In this document: positions 16,387 to 24,521 of the stretch, piece after piece | Numbering within the stretch: the stretch's first letter is position 1 | Layout of the letters: the number at the start of each line of letters is the position of its first letter | Virus record (IMG/VR): IMGVR_UViG_3300025150_000006 | Location: 1 to 64,000 of that record | Source: a virus | Reading direction: 5' to 3' (one strand) | Length of the DNA: 64,000 nucleotides | Translations under genes and position numbers: made by a program | Notes under the pieces: generated by a model | Databases searched by the model: none | The model's input: the letters and a program-made list of their open reading frames with translations, nothing else | What the model was told of the DNA's origin: nothing

Positions 16387-18842
16387 TGCACCTCCAATGA
16401 TGCAAGATACCGAGCTGCCAACTTTCGGCGATGCAATTCAAACTCAGGGAAATCTGCAACCATCTTACCAACACGCACGCTATCGGCTAGATAGCGTGCC
16501 TGACGTTGCTGAGCCTTGGGCACGGACCAACGATTGCTCGTGACATGATCCAGAACGGCAAGGACGTGTTTGCACGCCCGATGCTGACCATTGGGGTCCT
16601 TGATGTTGGGACGGGTGGCAGAACCTTGTGGGGACCCATACAGGTAGCCACCCGCCTTGGCCCAGTGCTCCGGCCCCTGCCACTGCCAGAAAGGACAAGA
16701 ACAGCTCACTTTGACGTGAGCCTTGCGGATGTCAGTGACGTTGCCTTTGCGTTGGGCCTTGAAACGTACACGGTAGGGATCCTTGGACCCCTGCACGTCG
16801 AACAACCAGACTCCGTTCTTCTCGCTCACCCGAGCGACCCGGAAGTCCAGCCCCTGTGCCCGAGACACCAAGTCACTGGCGCAACCCTCACGGATGTCCC
16901 GGATCAGAGCTGCCGTCCGGTAGGCCCTGCGAGCCACCTTCATATGGACGATCTGATCGAACATCTTGTGGAGGCCATCCTGGGTGAGGGTGTTCCACCC
17001 ATTGGCCTGAAGAAACTGGAGCACCTCACGATCCACAGCCCGGCCATTACGGTACTGCCTCCACAGGGGAGTCTTGATGAGCTGTGTGAGCGCCTCACGA
17101 CACTGTCGAGGAAGTGCTCGGTAGTTGAACTTGGCGGACTTCTCGACGTGGTCCTTGCCCGAAGGGTACACCCGACTCCCTGGATTGGAGTCGTGGACCT
17201 CGTCCTCGTAGGGGCCGTTCATGCCTGGTGTACCAGGCTTACGGTCACGACGTGACCGCTCATCGTGATCATTGGCTCGGTCGTAGACCTGATCGGGGTC
17301 CATATCCGGCGGACGCTGCTCCCGAAGGAAGTCGGCAATCACCTCAGAAGCCAGCCTGTGAGCAGCATCCTGATTGAACCAGGCATCGAACAAAGGGTCC
17401 TCCTCGTCATCCTCGTCCTCGTCGGAATCATCCTCGTCATCCGTGAGCAGATCATCGAGGTACAGGAACAACTCATCCTGGTACTCTTCCTCGACCACAG
17501 CCTCGGCGAAGAACGTCTCGATGTCCGTGGACTCCTGCTCCCCATCCCCCCACTCAATCAGGGCATCCCCCTCGGGAGTCACCTCCAGAAGTGTGCCCCA
17601 CTCATCGGTAGGGTAGTGGAAGAACGGGATGCCCTCGAAGGATGCCTTCTTGTCTTGCTTCTTCTTGCGGTCCATCTTGCTTCTCTGAGAGATAGTGCTG
17701 GGACCACCTCCGGGACGACGCTTGTGACGAGCTGGAAGCTCCTTCGCCTTCTCACGTCGAGACTGGAACCGGTTGTTGTTCTTGAGACGACGCCAGCGCC
17801 GAGTCACCTGACGCTTGATGCGTCCCTTGAGTCGCATGTACCGCTTGGCAAAGTACCGCTTCGCCCGGCCCTTCTGGACCTTCTCTCGCATGTTCCCAGG
17901 AGGATGGGGAGAGGTGAAACGAGGCTTGTACCCGGCTTCCACACCCCTCCCATCATCCCACTCTGCCCACACGTCAGAGAGGTCCCAATCCTGCTCAGCC
18001 GTCATTCCAGGGCGACGGCTCGGGGTGATGCCCGTGTTGTTGTACGGAGTGTCAGGATGCGTCTTGCCCCCGTCGTACTGGCCACCGGGCCGCCCCTTGG
18101 TGCGAGCCTTGTCCTTGTGGATGTTGCCATCCGAGCTGGACCCGGACTCACCAGGGACGTTCAGGACAGTGGGACCCTTGGTGGGCTTGCTGCGGCTCCA
18201 GGGCGGGGAGGGGAGACCCTGGGTTGGGTACTTGCCGTCCCCCTTCTCCTCATCACCCGTGTCGGATTTCTGCGGGGCAGGGTCCTTGACGAACGTGCGG
18301 TAACCACTCTGGTCCTGCGTCGTGATGGCGGCGTGGCGTGGATGCGTTCCGCACGTCTCTGGACGAGGATCCTTGAGTCCCACCCAGAACGTCGAGATGA
18401 TCACCGCTGTGCCACGCTCGTTGCGGAAAACCACCCGCAGATCACCGAGCTTCTTGTCGTTCCACTCGATGGGCTCACCACGCATGGTGTTGCGCTCGAA
18501 CTCTTCCCACTGCCACGACTTCTGTGACTTCCAGTCGTTGAGCTTCCGGCTGTAGTTCATCAACGCGACTCGAAGGTCACCTACCGTGATAGACCGCTGA
18601 TCCATCCGGTATTGGGCGTGGGGCGAGATCCGCATCGCCTTGAACAACCCGCCACCCTTGTCAGAGGTCATAGAGTAGACCTTGGCAGCCTCCGGGTTGC
18701 TCAGCTTGTCCCCGTGCTCGACCTTCTCGGCCAGGTCATCCCGCAGAACGGGGGACCTCACCTGATGTTCGATACGTTCCACCACCTTGCAAGGACCGCC
18801 CTGCCAACCAAGCGGGGGACTGAGATCGGCCTGACGTGCCAT
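16383..18842 (-). CDS. Multidomain putative internal head protein: DUF4258-like domain, basic tract, acidic tract, SWIM Zn finger
   Basis: ISPHAQYRMDQRSI; K/R-rich segment; CSCPFW...CKH; C-terminal RKLAARYLA. Confidence 0.75.
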   Translation of the reverse strand: MARQADLSPPLGWQGGPCKVVERIEHQVRSPVLRDDLAEKVEHGDKLSNPEAAKVYSMTSDKGGGLFKAMRISPHAQYRMDQRSITVGDLRVALMNYSRKLNDWKSQKSWQWEEFERNTMRGEPIEWNDKKLGDLRVVFRNERGTAVIISTFWVGLKDPRPETCGTHPRHAAITTQDQSGYRTFVKDPAPQKSDTGDEEKGDGKYPTQGLPSPPWSRSKPTKGPTVLNVPGESGSSSDGNIHKDKARTKGRPGGQYDGGKTHPDTPYNNTGITPSRRPGMTAEQDWDLSDVWAEWDDGRGVEAGYKPRFTSPHPPGNMREKVQKGRAKRYFAKRYMRLKGRIKRQVTRRWRRLKNNNRFQSRREKAKELPARHKRRPGGGPSTISQRSKMDRKKKQDKKASFEGIPFFHYPTDEWGTLLEVTPEGDALIEWGDGEQESTDIETFFAEAVVEEEYQDELFLYLDDLLTDDEDDSDEDEDDEEDPLFDAWFNQDAAHRLASEVIADFLREQRPPDMDPDQVYDRANDHDERSRRDRKPGTPGMNGPYEDEVHDSNPGSRVYPSGKDHVEKSAKFNYRALPRQCREALTQLIKTPLWRQYRNGRAVDREVLQFLQANGWNTLTQDGLHKMFDQIVHMKVARRAYRTAALIRDIREGCASDLVSRAQGLDFRVARVSEKNGVWLFDVQGSKDPYRVRFKAQRKGNVTDIRKAHVKVSCSCPFWQWQGPEHWAKAGGYLYGSPQGSATRPNIKDPNGQHRACKHVLAVLDHVTSNRWSVPKAQQRQARYLADSVRVGKMVADFPEFELHRRKLAARYLASLEVQ

Positions 18843-18843
18843 G

Positions 18844-19254
18844 TCAGCCTCCCCGCAACTGAGCCAGCAAGAACCTCACTGCCACACGGTCGATGACCAA
18901 AGCCTCCGTGGAAGCGTACCGATGCCCACCCCCACCAAATGCAGGCAGGACGGCTTCATCAACCATCTGCTTGTCGTGCAGTGGGAGCCGTGCTTCAAGG
19001 AACTTCTCGCCCATCTTGGATAGGGCCAACGACGTGCGGTCGAGATCCAGTTCTAACCGCTCCAGGCGACGGGGAGCCCCTTGGATGAGGTCCCCGGCAA
19101 CCTGGTGCAGGTGTTCCTTGTGATCGGACTGCTCCACCAACTTCATCGCCCGATTGATCAGGTGCTTGAGTCGGTGAGCTTCCACCCGAGCCGAGGAGAC
19201 GCCCTCCGTGACGAGAGCCCATGCTGCCTGGCTGCTTGCGATTCGATTGGGCAC
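18844..19254 (-). CDS. Putative internal head protein
   Basis: GTG start after GGAGG; C-terminal IDRVAVRFLLA motif. Confidence 0.65.
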   Translation of the reverse strand: MPNRIASSQAAWALVTEGVSSARVEAHRLKHLINRAMKLVEQSDHKEHLHQVAGDLIQGAPRRLERLELDLDRTSLALSKMGEKFLEARLPLHDKQMVDEAVLPAFGGGGHRYASTEALVIDRVAVRFLLAQLRGG

Positions 19255-19261
19255 GAGGGTC

Positions 19262-19315
19262 CTCCAGGGTAGGCCTGTCACCAGCACCTACCCTGGAGCC
19301 CCCATAGGGGGAGTA
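19262..19315 (-). promoter_or_regulatory. Class II promoter-like motif overlapping an SD-sequestering hairpin
   Basis: TACTCCCCCTAT-N12-GTAG (19288-19315); 12-bp stem CTCCAGGGTAGG/CCTACCCTGGAG covers GGAG. Confidence 0.65.
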
Positions 19316-19328
19316 CCGAAGAACAGCC

Positions 19329-20708
19329 CTAGCCCTTCTTGGCTGTAGCCTCAATCCGAGCCAGATGGCTACGGATCTGCTCGGCGACCTTCGGGGACTC
19401 CTTCGCACAGATCGCATCGAGAGCCTCGGGCCAGTCACCGTAGAAATCCACGGCCTCCTCAACCCGCTTCTGCCAGTTCCGCTTCGTGTTCCACCCCTCG
19501 ACGATCAGGGCGATCTCCTCGTCCTCTGTCTTCTCCGGGGGCAGGGCTACCTTCTTACGGGTGGCACCAGCCACCGCAGCATCGGGCAGCAGATCGGCCA
19601 GGTCGTCCCCGTACATGGCCTCGTCCACATCCCCCGTGGCCCCACTCTCACGAACATCGTCGATGCCGACGTTGCCCTTGCGAGAGATCTGGGTCGTCTG
19701 CCGGGCACGGAGCGCTTGGGGCTCGTGCGTGTGGGCGGGGTCCGCGATGACCTGAGCCCCCGTCTCCCGACCAGTGGGAGTTGAGGCCACTGCCCGACCA
19801 ACCTGCACCGGATGGGAACTCGCCGACTTGAGGACGTTGACTGACTTGACTTCACCGGCCTCAACTACGCCCTCACCGACGGTGGCGCCAGCCGAGAACG
19901 CATACTTCCTCCCGACCGGCACACCACCAGCGTCATCCTCGATGACCTGGTACTTGCCCAGCTTGCCAGCCCGCCGGGTGCCCTGATTGGCCTCCGCTTG
20001 TCGATTCCCGCCCATCTCCTCACGAGACTTGCGGGGGTCCCGTGCCTCCAACTCCGCGTGACGAGCTGCGATCCGCTGCTGGTTGATGCGCTCAGCCCGT
20101 GCGACATCCGCACGATCCGAAGGGGAGATCTTGTCGTGACCACCACCCGAGGAGTGCACCGGGCGGGCCTGCATGTAGGTCCGCTGGGTGTGCTCCATCA
20201 GAGCAGCCTCGATGTCCGGGTCCACGTCAGCCGCGTTCTGCGGCGGTGGGGCATCCGGATTCGAGTCCACATCGAAAGCACTGATACCGATGTCCTGCTT
20301 GCGCTGCTGACGGGTCGAGCGCAACTGGGCCAGTCGGTCCGTGTTCCCGTTCTGGGCAGCCTGTCGGATCTGCTTCTGCTCATCCAGCGTGCTCACCAGG
20401 GCCTCATCCTCGGAAGCCTCACCCATCGAGAACTCGTCCCCTCGGTCACGGGCCTCTGGTGTGGCGTGACTGACCTTCACACCCGCCGCCTTGGACTTGT
20501 AGGTGGTGTGCTGATCGGACTCTGGCACGAACCAGTCACCTTCCAGGGCACGAAGTTGGGGCACCGAATACTCTGTACCGCCGTACCGAATGGTGTGCCC
20601 ATCGTACTGGAAGATGTCATCCATCAGGATGTCCATCTCGTACTTGCCAACGTGGATCTTGTTCGTGGCCCGGAAGGACCGGAACTCGCCTCGTGCGAAC
20701 GTACTCAT
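19329..20708 (-). CDS. Hypothetical protein (459 aa, largely disordered)
   Basis: Long GC3-biased ORF with GGAGG SD. Confidence 0.75.
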   Translation of the reverse strand: MSTFARGEFRSFRATNKIHVGKYEMDILMDDIFQYDGHTIRYGGTEYSVPQLRALEGDWFVPESDQHTTYKSKAAGVKVSHATPEARDRGDEFSMGEASEDEALVSTLDEQKQIRQAAQNGNTDRLAQLRSTRQQRKQDIGISAFDVDSNPDAPPPQNAADVDPDIEAALMEHTQRTYMQARPVHSSGGGHDKISPSDRADVARAERINQQRIAARHAELEARDPRKSREEMGGNRQAEANQGTRRAGKLGKYQVIEDDAGGVPVGRKYAFSAGATVGEGVVEAGEVKSVNVLKSASSHPVQVGRAVASTPTGRETGAQVIADPAHTHEPQALRARQTTQISRKGNVGIDDVRESGATGDVDEAMYGDDLADLLPDAAVAGATRKKVALPPEKTEDEEIALIVEGWNTKRNWQKRVEEAVDFYGDWPEALDAICAKESPKVAEQIRSHLARIEATAKKG

Positions 20709-20783
20709 CTATGTCCTCCATCAGGAGTGGGGTTCCCCTCACGGGGCATCAGGGCACCTTACCCGGCCAACTTGCGCGCCTGA

Positions 20784-21050
20784 TCAGGCCGCAGGTAGAT
20801 CTGTACCCGCCCCAAGTGCTAAACCATCCAGGCAGGCATCAAGACTGTCTCGAATCACAGGCAGAAACGAGTTGCGAACAGAGACCTTCAACGCCACCTG
20901 AGCCCGATTCTCATTCTCTGAGTATACCAGGAACTCCAACAGGCACCGCCCAGGGCCACCCTCGCACAGCCGAAAGGCGTTGCTGTAGACTCCCAGTGCT
21001 TTCCGTGGGTCCACATGGACCTCACACTCCACCCGGGCTTGTCTCGGCAT
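20784..21050 (-). CDS. DUF3467-like protein
   Basis: GVYSNAFRL...LLEFLVYS; paralog of the 10138 ORF. Confidence 0.6.
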   Translation of the reverse strand: MPRQARVECEVHVDPRKALGVYSNAFRLCEGGPGRCLLEFLVYSENENRAQVALKVSVRNSFLPVIRDSLDACLDGLALGAGTDLPAA

Positions 21051-21161
21051 CGTGGTCACCTTTTCGAGCAGGTAGACCTCTATACCCGTGAAACCAATCT
21101 GAGGGAGCGAGGTCCTGTGAACCCGCCCACCGGGTAGAGTAGCCATCAAAGGAGACTCCCC

Positions 21162-21587
21162 ATGAAACCACTCTACGTCGTTGGCTTCCTGTTCACCCAA
21201 GACGGCTCCCAGGTCGTCCTCATCCAGAAGAACCGTCCCGTGTGGCAAGCAGGGAAATTCAATGGCCTCGGGGGCAAGCTCGCTCCCTCCGAGAGCTGGG
21301 AGGACGCCATGAGCCGGGAGTTCAAGGAAGAGGCCGGGGTGCTGATCCCACCCGGGGACTGGCAACACATGGCCACGCTGTTCAACGATCACTTCGAGTG
21401 CAGGTTCTTCCGGGCCTTCTCGGATCTCGCGCTGAACGCCCAGACGATGGAGACCGAGAACGTGTCCATCGTCCCTGTGAAGAACGTCATCAACCTGCCG
21501 ATCGTCACCAACCTGCACTGGCTGATCCCGATGGCCCTGGATGAAGGACTACACTTCCCCGTCGCGCCCATCAAGGATGGCCCCTGA
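21162..21587 (+). CDS. NUDIX hydrolase (MutT-like)
   Basis: Nudix box GGKLAPSESWEDAMSREFKEEAG. Confidence 0.9.
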   Translation: MKPLYVVGFLFTQDGSQVVLIQKNRPVWQAGKFNGLGGKLAPSESWEDAMSREFKEEAGVLIPPGDWQHMATLFNDHFECRFFRAFSDLALNAQTMETENVSIVPVKNVINLPIVTNLHWLIPMALDEGLHFPVAPIKDGP

Positions 21588-21591
21588 ACGC

Positions 21592-21625
21592 AAAAAGGGC
21601 CGGTTCCCCGTGAGGAACCGGCCCT
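21592..21625 (-). terminator. Rho-independent terminator
   Basis: AGGGCCGGTTCC/GGAACCGGCCCT stem plus TTTTT on -. Confidence 0.8.
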
Positions 21626-22143
21626 GAGTGTTGACGGCCAGTGGGGGCGGGCCAACACCCTGAAACGACGAAACCCACCGTTTTCCGAGGAAAAGACGGT
21701 GGGTTCGTGTTCTGGCTTGGGCGACTTTGGTGTTTGAAGACCACTCTCGCCGGTTGCCCCCATCCTCCCGAAGGAGGTCACCGTTGCCGTGTAGCTCTCG
21801 CTAGGTTGGCTTTGGTGAGATGGGTCGTGATGAAGGTGATGGACCCTTCGTCCCCATCGCGGGTTTGGGCAGTATATTTCAACTGTCCTGGGATTGGGTA
21901 GTAGGCCCCTCTCCCATGACGCTTACCGCTAAGCGTCCCATCGTTGAGGCTGATTGCGAGTCAACCCCTACTGCCGTTTCCCAGTGACCAAGAGCTACTT
22001 GATATGGTTGAAACGGAGGCTCCGCCAGGTTTCCCCTTTGGAACGAGTTCAGGTGGCTGCCTGAACCTTCCGAGCGAGACAGTGTATAGGGGCCTCCCCT
22101 GTACCTGGTTCCCTTCGGGCCGAAGGCGTCTCCGCCAGCGACG
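21592..22143 (-). ncRNA. Putative large structured ncRNA (~550 nt)
   Basis: Bounded by a sigma70-like promoter and a terminator; GNRA/UUCG-capped hairpins and a T-loop-like UGAAA hairpin on -. Confidence 0.7.
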
Positions 22144-22149
22144 AAAAGG

Positions 22150-22178
22150 GTTCTAACCGAGGTGCCCCCGAGCGTCAA
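22150..22178 (-). promoter_or_regulatory. Sigma70-like promoter TTGACG-N17-TAGAAC
   Basis: Near-consensus -35, 17-nt spacer, A-rich upstream tract. Confidence 0.6.
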
Positions 22179-22206
22179 CACCTTTTTTCGTGAGGTGCGA
22201 TCTTTT

Positions 22207-23319
22207 CTAAGGAGCCTGCACGGGGACGGTGTAACTCGGTGTAATCAAGGTCCTACCGTCGTCACCGACGATTGGAACAACAAACTGTTCCAGTAGGTCC
22301 GGGTCCCAGGGGGACGGGATGTCCCACGCAGTGGACACGGTAGCCACGTACACCATGTCCCCGGGCGAGAACACGTCATAGTCGGCAGCAGTTAACCCAT
22401 CAGGGAGTCCAACAGTTGTATCGACGATGACCGACGGGGAGTAGAAAAACGTCTTCATCCATGCTCCAATCGACGGTGCGCTGTCATGGGGCGCATAGTA
22501 GAAAGCGATCATGTATCCCACCGGAGAGACGGCATCGCAGTTCGACTCATACCAGGAACCCGTGCATGGCGAGTATTTCTTCGGATCCTTATAGTAGTAG
22601 GGGGCTCCTCCGACCTCAAGATGGCCAAAGCTCCCGGTGCACCCAGCAGAAGGTTTCATCTCCCCAGGGAATTCCTCAAGATAGCAGTCCGCATCGGTGA
22701 ACAGCCAATCCTTTGGATCCTCACCATCGGGGACCAGACCAAGGTCCACTACGTGCATCTTGATCGCCCGCTTGGTCTCGGTGGTCACGGTCACGCCGGG
22801 AGCCACAAGGTGAATCTCAACGGAGAAGCCGTGAAGGGGGAGCGGGGTGGCCGTGTCCTCGGGCTCGGTGTCGGCAACCACTGTATCCGTCACCGTGTCC
22901 GCGACCACTGTATCCGTCACCGTGTCCGCGACCACTGTATCGCTACTGGTGTCGGTCAGCCCTGCCGTGTCGGTATCCGCAGTGTCCTCAGCAGTGTCGG
23001 CAGCGACCTGGGTGTCGGTATCCTCCGTGTCCTCGGCAATGATGTCGTTTCCGGCGTCATCCGTGTCCTCGGCAACCAGGGTGTCCGAATCGACCGTGTC
23101 ATCACCGGCCAGGGTGTCATCAGTGAGGAGGGTGTCATCAGTGAGGAAGGTGTCATCAGCGAGGAAGGTGTCCGTCTCCGTGTCCCCACCGTAGGCATCA
23201 CCACCGAGCACGTCAGGCTGATCGGTGTTAGTATCGTAGGGGCTCCACGCGCGATCCGCCTGGATGCACCCCATCATCAGGGGGGCCATCAACAGAGCTG
23301 TTAGGGTCGAGCGGAACAT
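22207..23319 (-). CDS. Lipoprotein with a D/T-rich repetitive linker
   Basis: Signal peptide with LMMG-C lipobox; (A/T)DDT(F/L)L and ADTVTDTVV repeats. Confidence 0.75.
   Translation of the reverse strand: MFRSTLTALLMAPLMMGCIQADRAWSPYDTNTDQPDVLGGDAYGGDTETDTFLADDTFLTDDTLLTDDTLAGDDTVDSDTLVAEDTDDAGNDIIAEDTEDTDTQVAADTAEDTADTDTAGLTDTSSDTVVADTVTDTVVADTVTDTVVADTEPEDTATPLPLHGFSVEIHLVAPGVTVTTETKRAIKMHVVDLGLVPDGEDPKDWLFTDADCYLEEFPGEMKPSAGCTGSFGHLEVGGAPYYYKDPKKYSPCTGSWYESNCDAVSPVGYMIAFYYAPHDSAPSIGAWMKTFFYSPSVIVDTTVGLPDGLTAADYDVFSPGDMVYVATVSTAWDIPSPWDPDLLEQFVVPIVGDDGRTLITPSYTVPVQAP
22850..23190. repeat. Intragenic tandem repeats (27-nt and 18-nt units)
   Basis: accactgtatccgtcaccgtgtccgcg about 2.5 copies; ggtgtcatcagtgagga(g/a) 3-4 copies. 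Confidence 0.8.
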
Positions 23320-23340
23320 GGGGTCCTCCTAGTTACAACC

Positions 23341-23372
23341 CTACTACGGACCACGTCCGCATCTTGAGCCCC
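23341..23372 (-). promoter_or_regulatory. Class I promoter-like motif upstream of the lipoprotein gene
   Basis: Reverse complement reads GGGGCTCAA-N14-CCGTAGTAG. Confidence 0.8.
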
Positions 23373-23391
23373 AAAAATGAAAGATCTTTTT

Positions 23392-23423
23392 GGGGCTCAA
23401 GTCAAACCACAGGTCCGTAGTAG
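23392..23423 (+). promoter_or_regulatory. Class I promoter-like motif, divergent partner
   Basis: Exact motif. Confidence 0.8.
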
Positions 23424-23500
23424 GGGTGTCGATGGAAACACCCCCACACAGGAGACCCTATGATGCGCTAACCCAATCCCCCATTATGAAACTTGTAGAG

Positions 23501-23531
23501 AAAGCCGTCGGGTTGCGCCCCGGCGGCTTTT
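23501..23531 (+). terminator. Rho-independent terminator
   Basis: AAAGCCGTCGGG/CCCGGCGGCTTT stem then a short T run. Confidence 0.7.
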
Positions 23532-23540
23532 CCCGTTTCG

Positions 23541-23572
23541 GGGGCTCAACTCTTTCCCCCCTCCCGTAGTAG
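23541..23572 (+). promoter_or_regulatory. Class I promoter-like motif
   Basis: Exact motif upstream of the 23612 ORF. Confidence 0.8.
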
Positions 23573-23611
23573 TCGCAGTCGCGCACAACCCGACAGGAGA
23601 ACACTGATCCC

Positions 23612-24100
23612 ATGAACGTTTCCGCACTTCTCAACGCCATCATCGCCCGTGCCAATGCCCTGGAGCATCTGGCCACGGAACAGCGCAACGAAGCCGAACA
23701 GCTCCGCAACCTCATCTTCGGTGCCCCCGAAGTCGAGGCGGAGCCCGACGCCGAACCGGAGCCCGCACCGGTTCCTGCCGAGGCCCCGAAGCCGAGGCCC
23801 CAGCCGGCCGCCGTCCTCCCGAAGGCCCCGTTCATCCCCAAGCAGCCCCCGCTCCAGGAGATCAAGGACCTGGCCGCTGAGGTCGGCGTGGACGTGAGTG
23901 ACCTGTTCCCGGCCGGCGGAACGAAGCCCACCAAGGCGACCAAGTCGGCCGCCATGGCCCGCATCTTCAAGGCGAAGAAGGACGCGGCCGAGATGGCGAG
24001 GCTGGTCGAGCAGGATGAGGCGGACAAGGCTGCCCTCCTCAACTCGGACATCGGCACGGACGAGGAAGAGGACATCGACCTGGGCGACCTGGGCGACTGA
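23612..24100 (+). CDS. Hypothetical protein (Pro/Ala-rich, acidic tail)
   Basis: AGGAG SD and very strong GC3 bias. Confidence 0.75.
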   Translation: MNVSALLNAIIARANALEHLATEQRNEAEQLRNLIFGAPEVEAEPDAEPEPAPVPAEAPKPRPQPAAVLPKAPFIPKQPPLQEIKDLAAEVGVDVSDLFPAGGTKPTKATKSAAMARIFKAKKDAAEMARLVEQDEADKAALLNSDIGTDEEEDIDLGDLGD

Positions 24101-24149
24101 CCCAAGCACGGGTCACCAGGGCTCAAAGCTCCTGGTGACCCGTAGGGCT

Positions 24150-24410
24150 AGGGCTTCACGAACAGATCGAACAACCCCCCATCGGCAGCCTGTGCTGCGA
24201 TGGCGGCACGGACCTGTAGGTCCGGTCCATAGGCTCGGGTGTAGTTCAGGGCACGACCGCGCCCTGGATGCAACTGATCCCAGTTGGCGGCCTTGTTCCC
24301 GATCCGAGGACTCCCATCACGTATTTCATCTCAGGGCCATCCAGTCCAGAGTTAAGAGGTATACCCCGTTTCCTCGGATGAGGAACCCCTGCTTCAATCA
24401 ACAAGCCCCA
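24150..24410 (+). ncRNA. Possible structured ncRNA (~260 nt)
   Basis: Follows a degenerate class I motif (24119-24145, N13); consecutive hairpins; possible GGGCTT/AAGCCC closing stem. Confidence 0.35.
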
Positions 24411-24521
24411 TACCGCAGTTGCGAAACACCCACCCACCACCGAGGTATCTAGTCTAGGGCCAAAGCCCAACTAACTGCCTGAAATGATTGAATCCAACTA
24501 ATTTCTCGCAACTGCGTTAAA

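Noticed and set aside
21051-21518. N-terminal extension of the 20784-21518 ORF
   Set aside because: Mostly antisense to the NUDIX gene; only 20784-21050 resembles the 10138 paralog
22850-23190. Tandem repeats as a possible CRISPR array
   Set aside because: Units are multiples of 3 with no spacers and lie in frame in a lipoprotein; no cas genes
24236-24310. tRNA-like start CGGGTGTAGTTCAG
   Set aside because: No T-arm or acceptor stem could be completed; I identified no tRNA in the window
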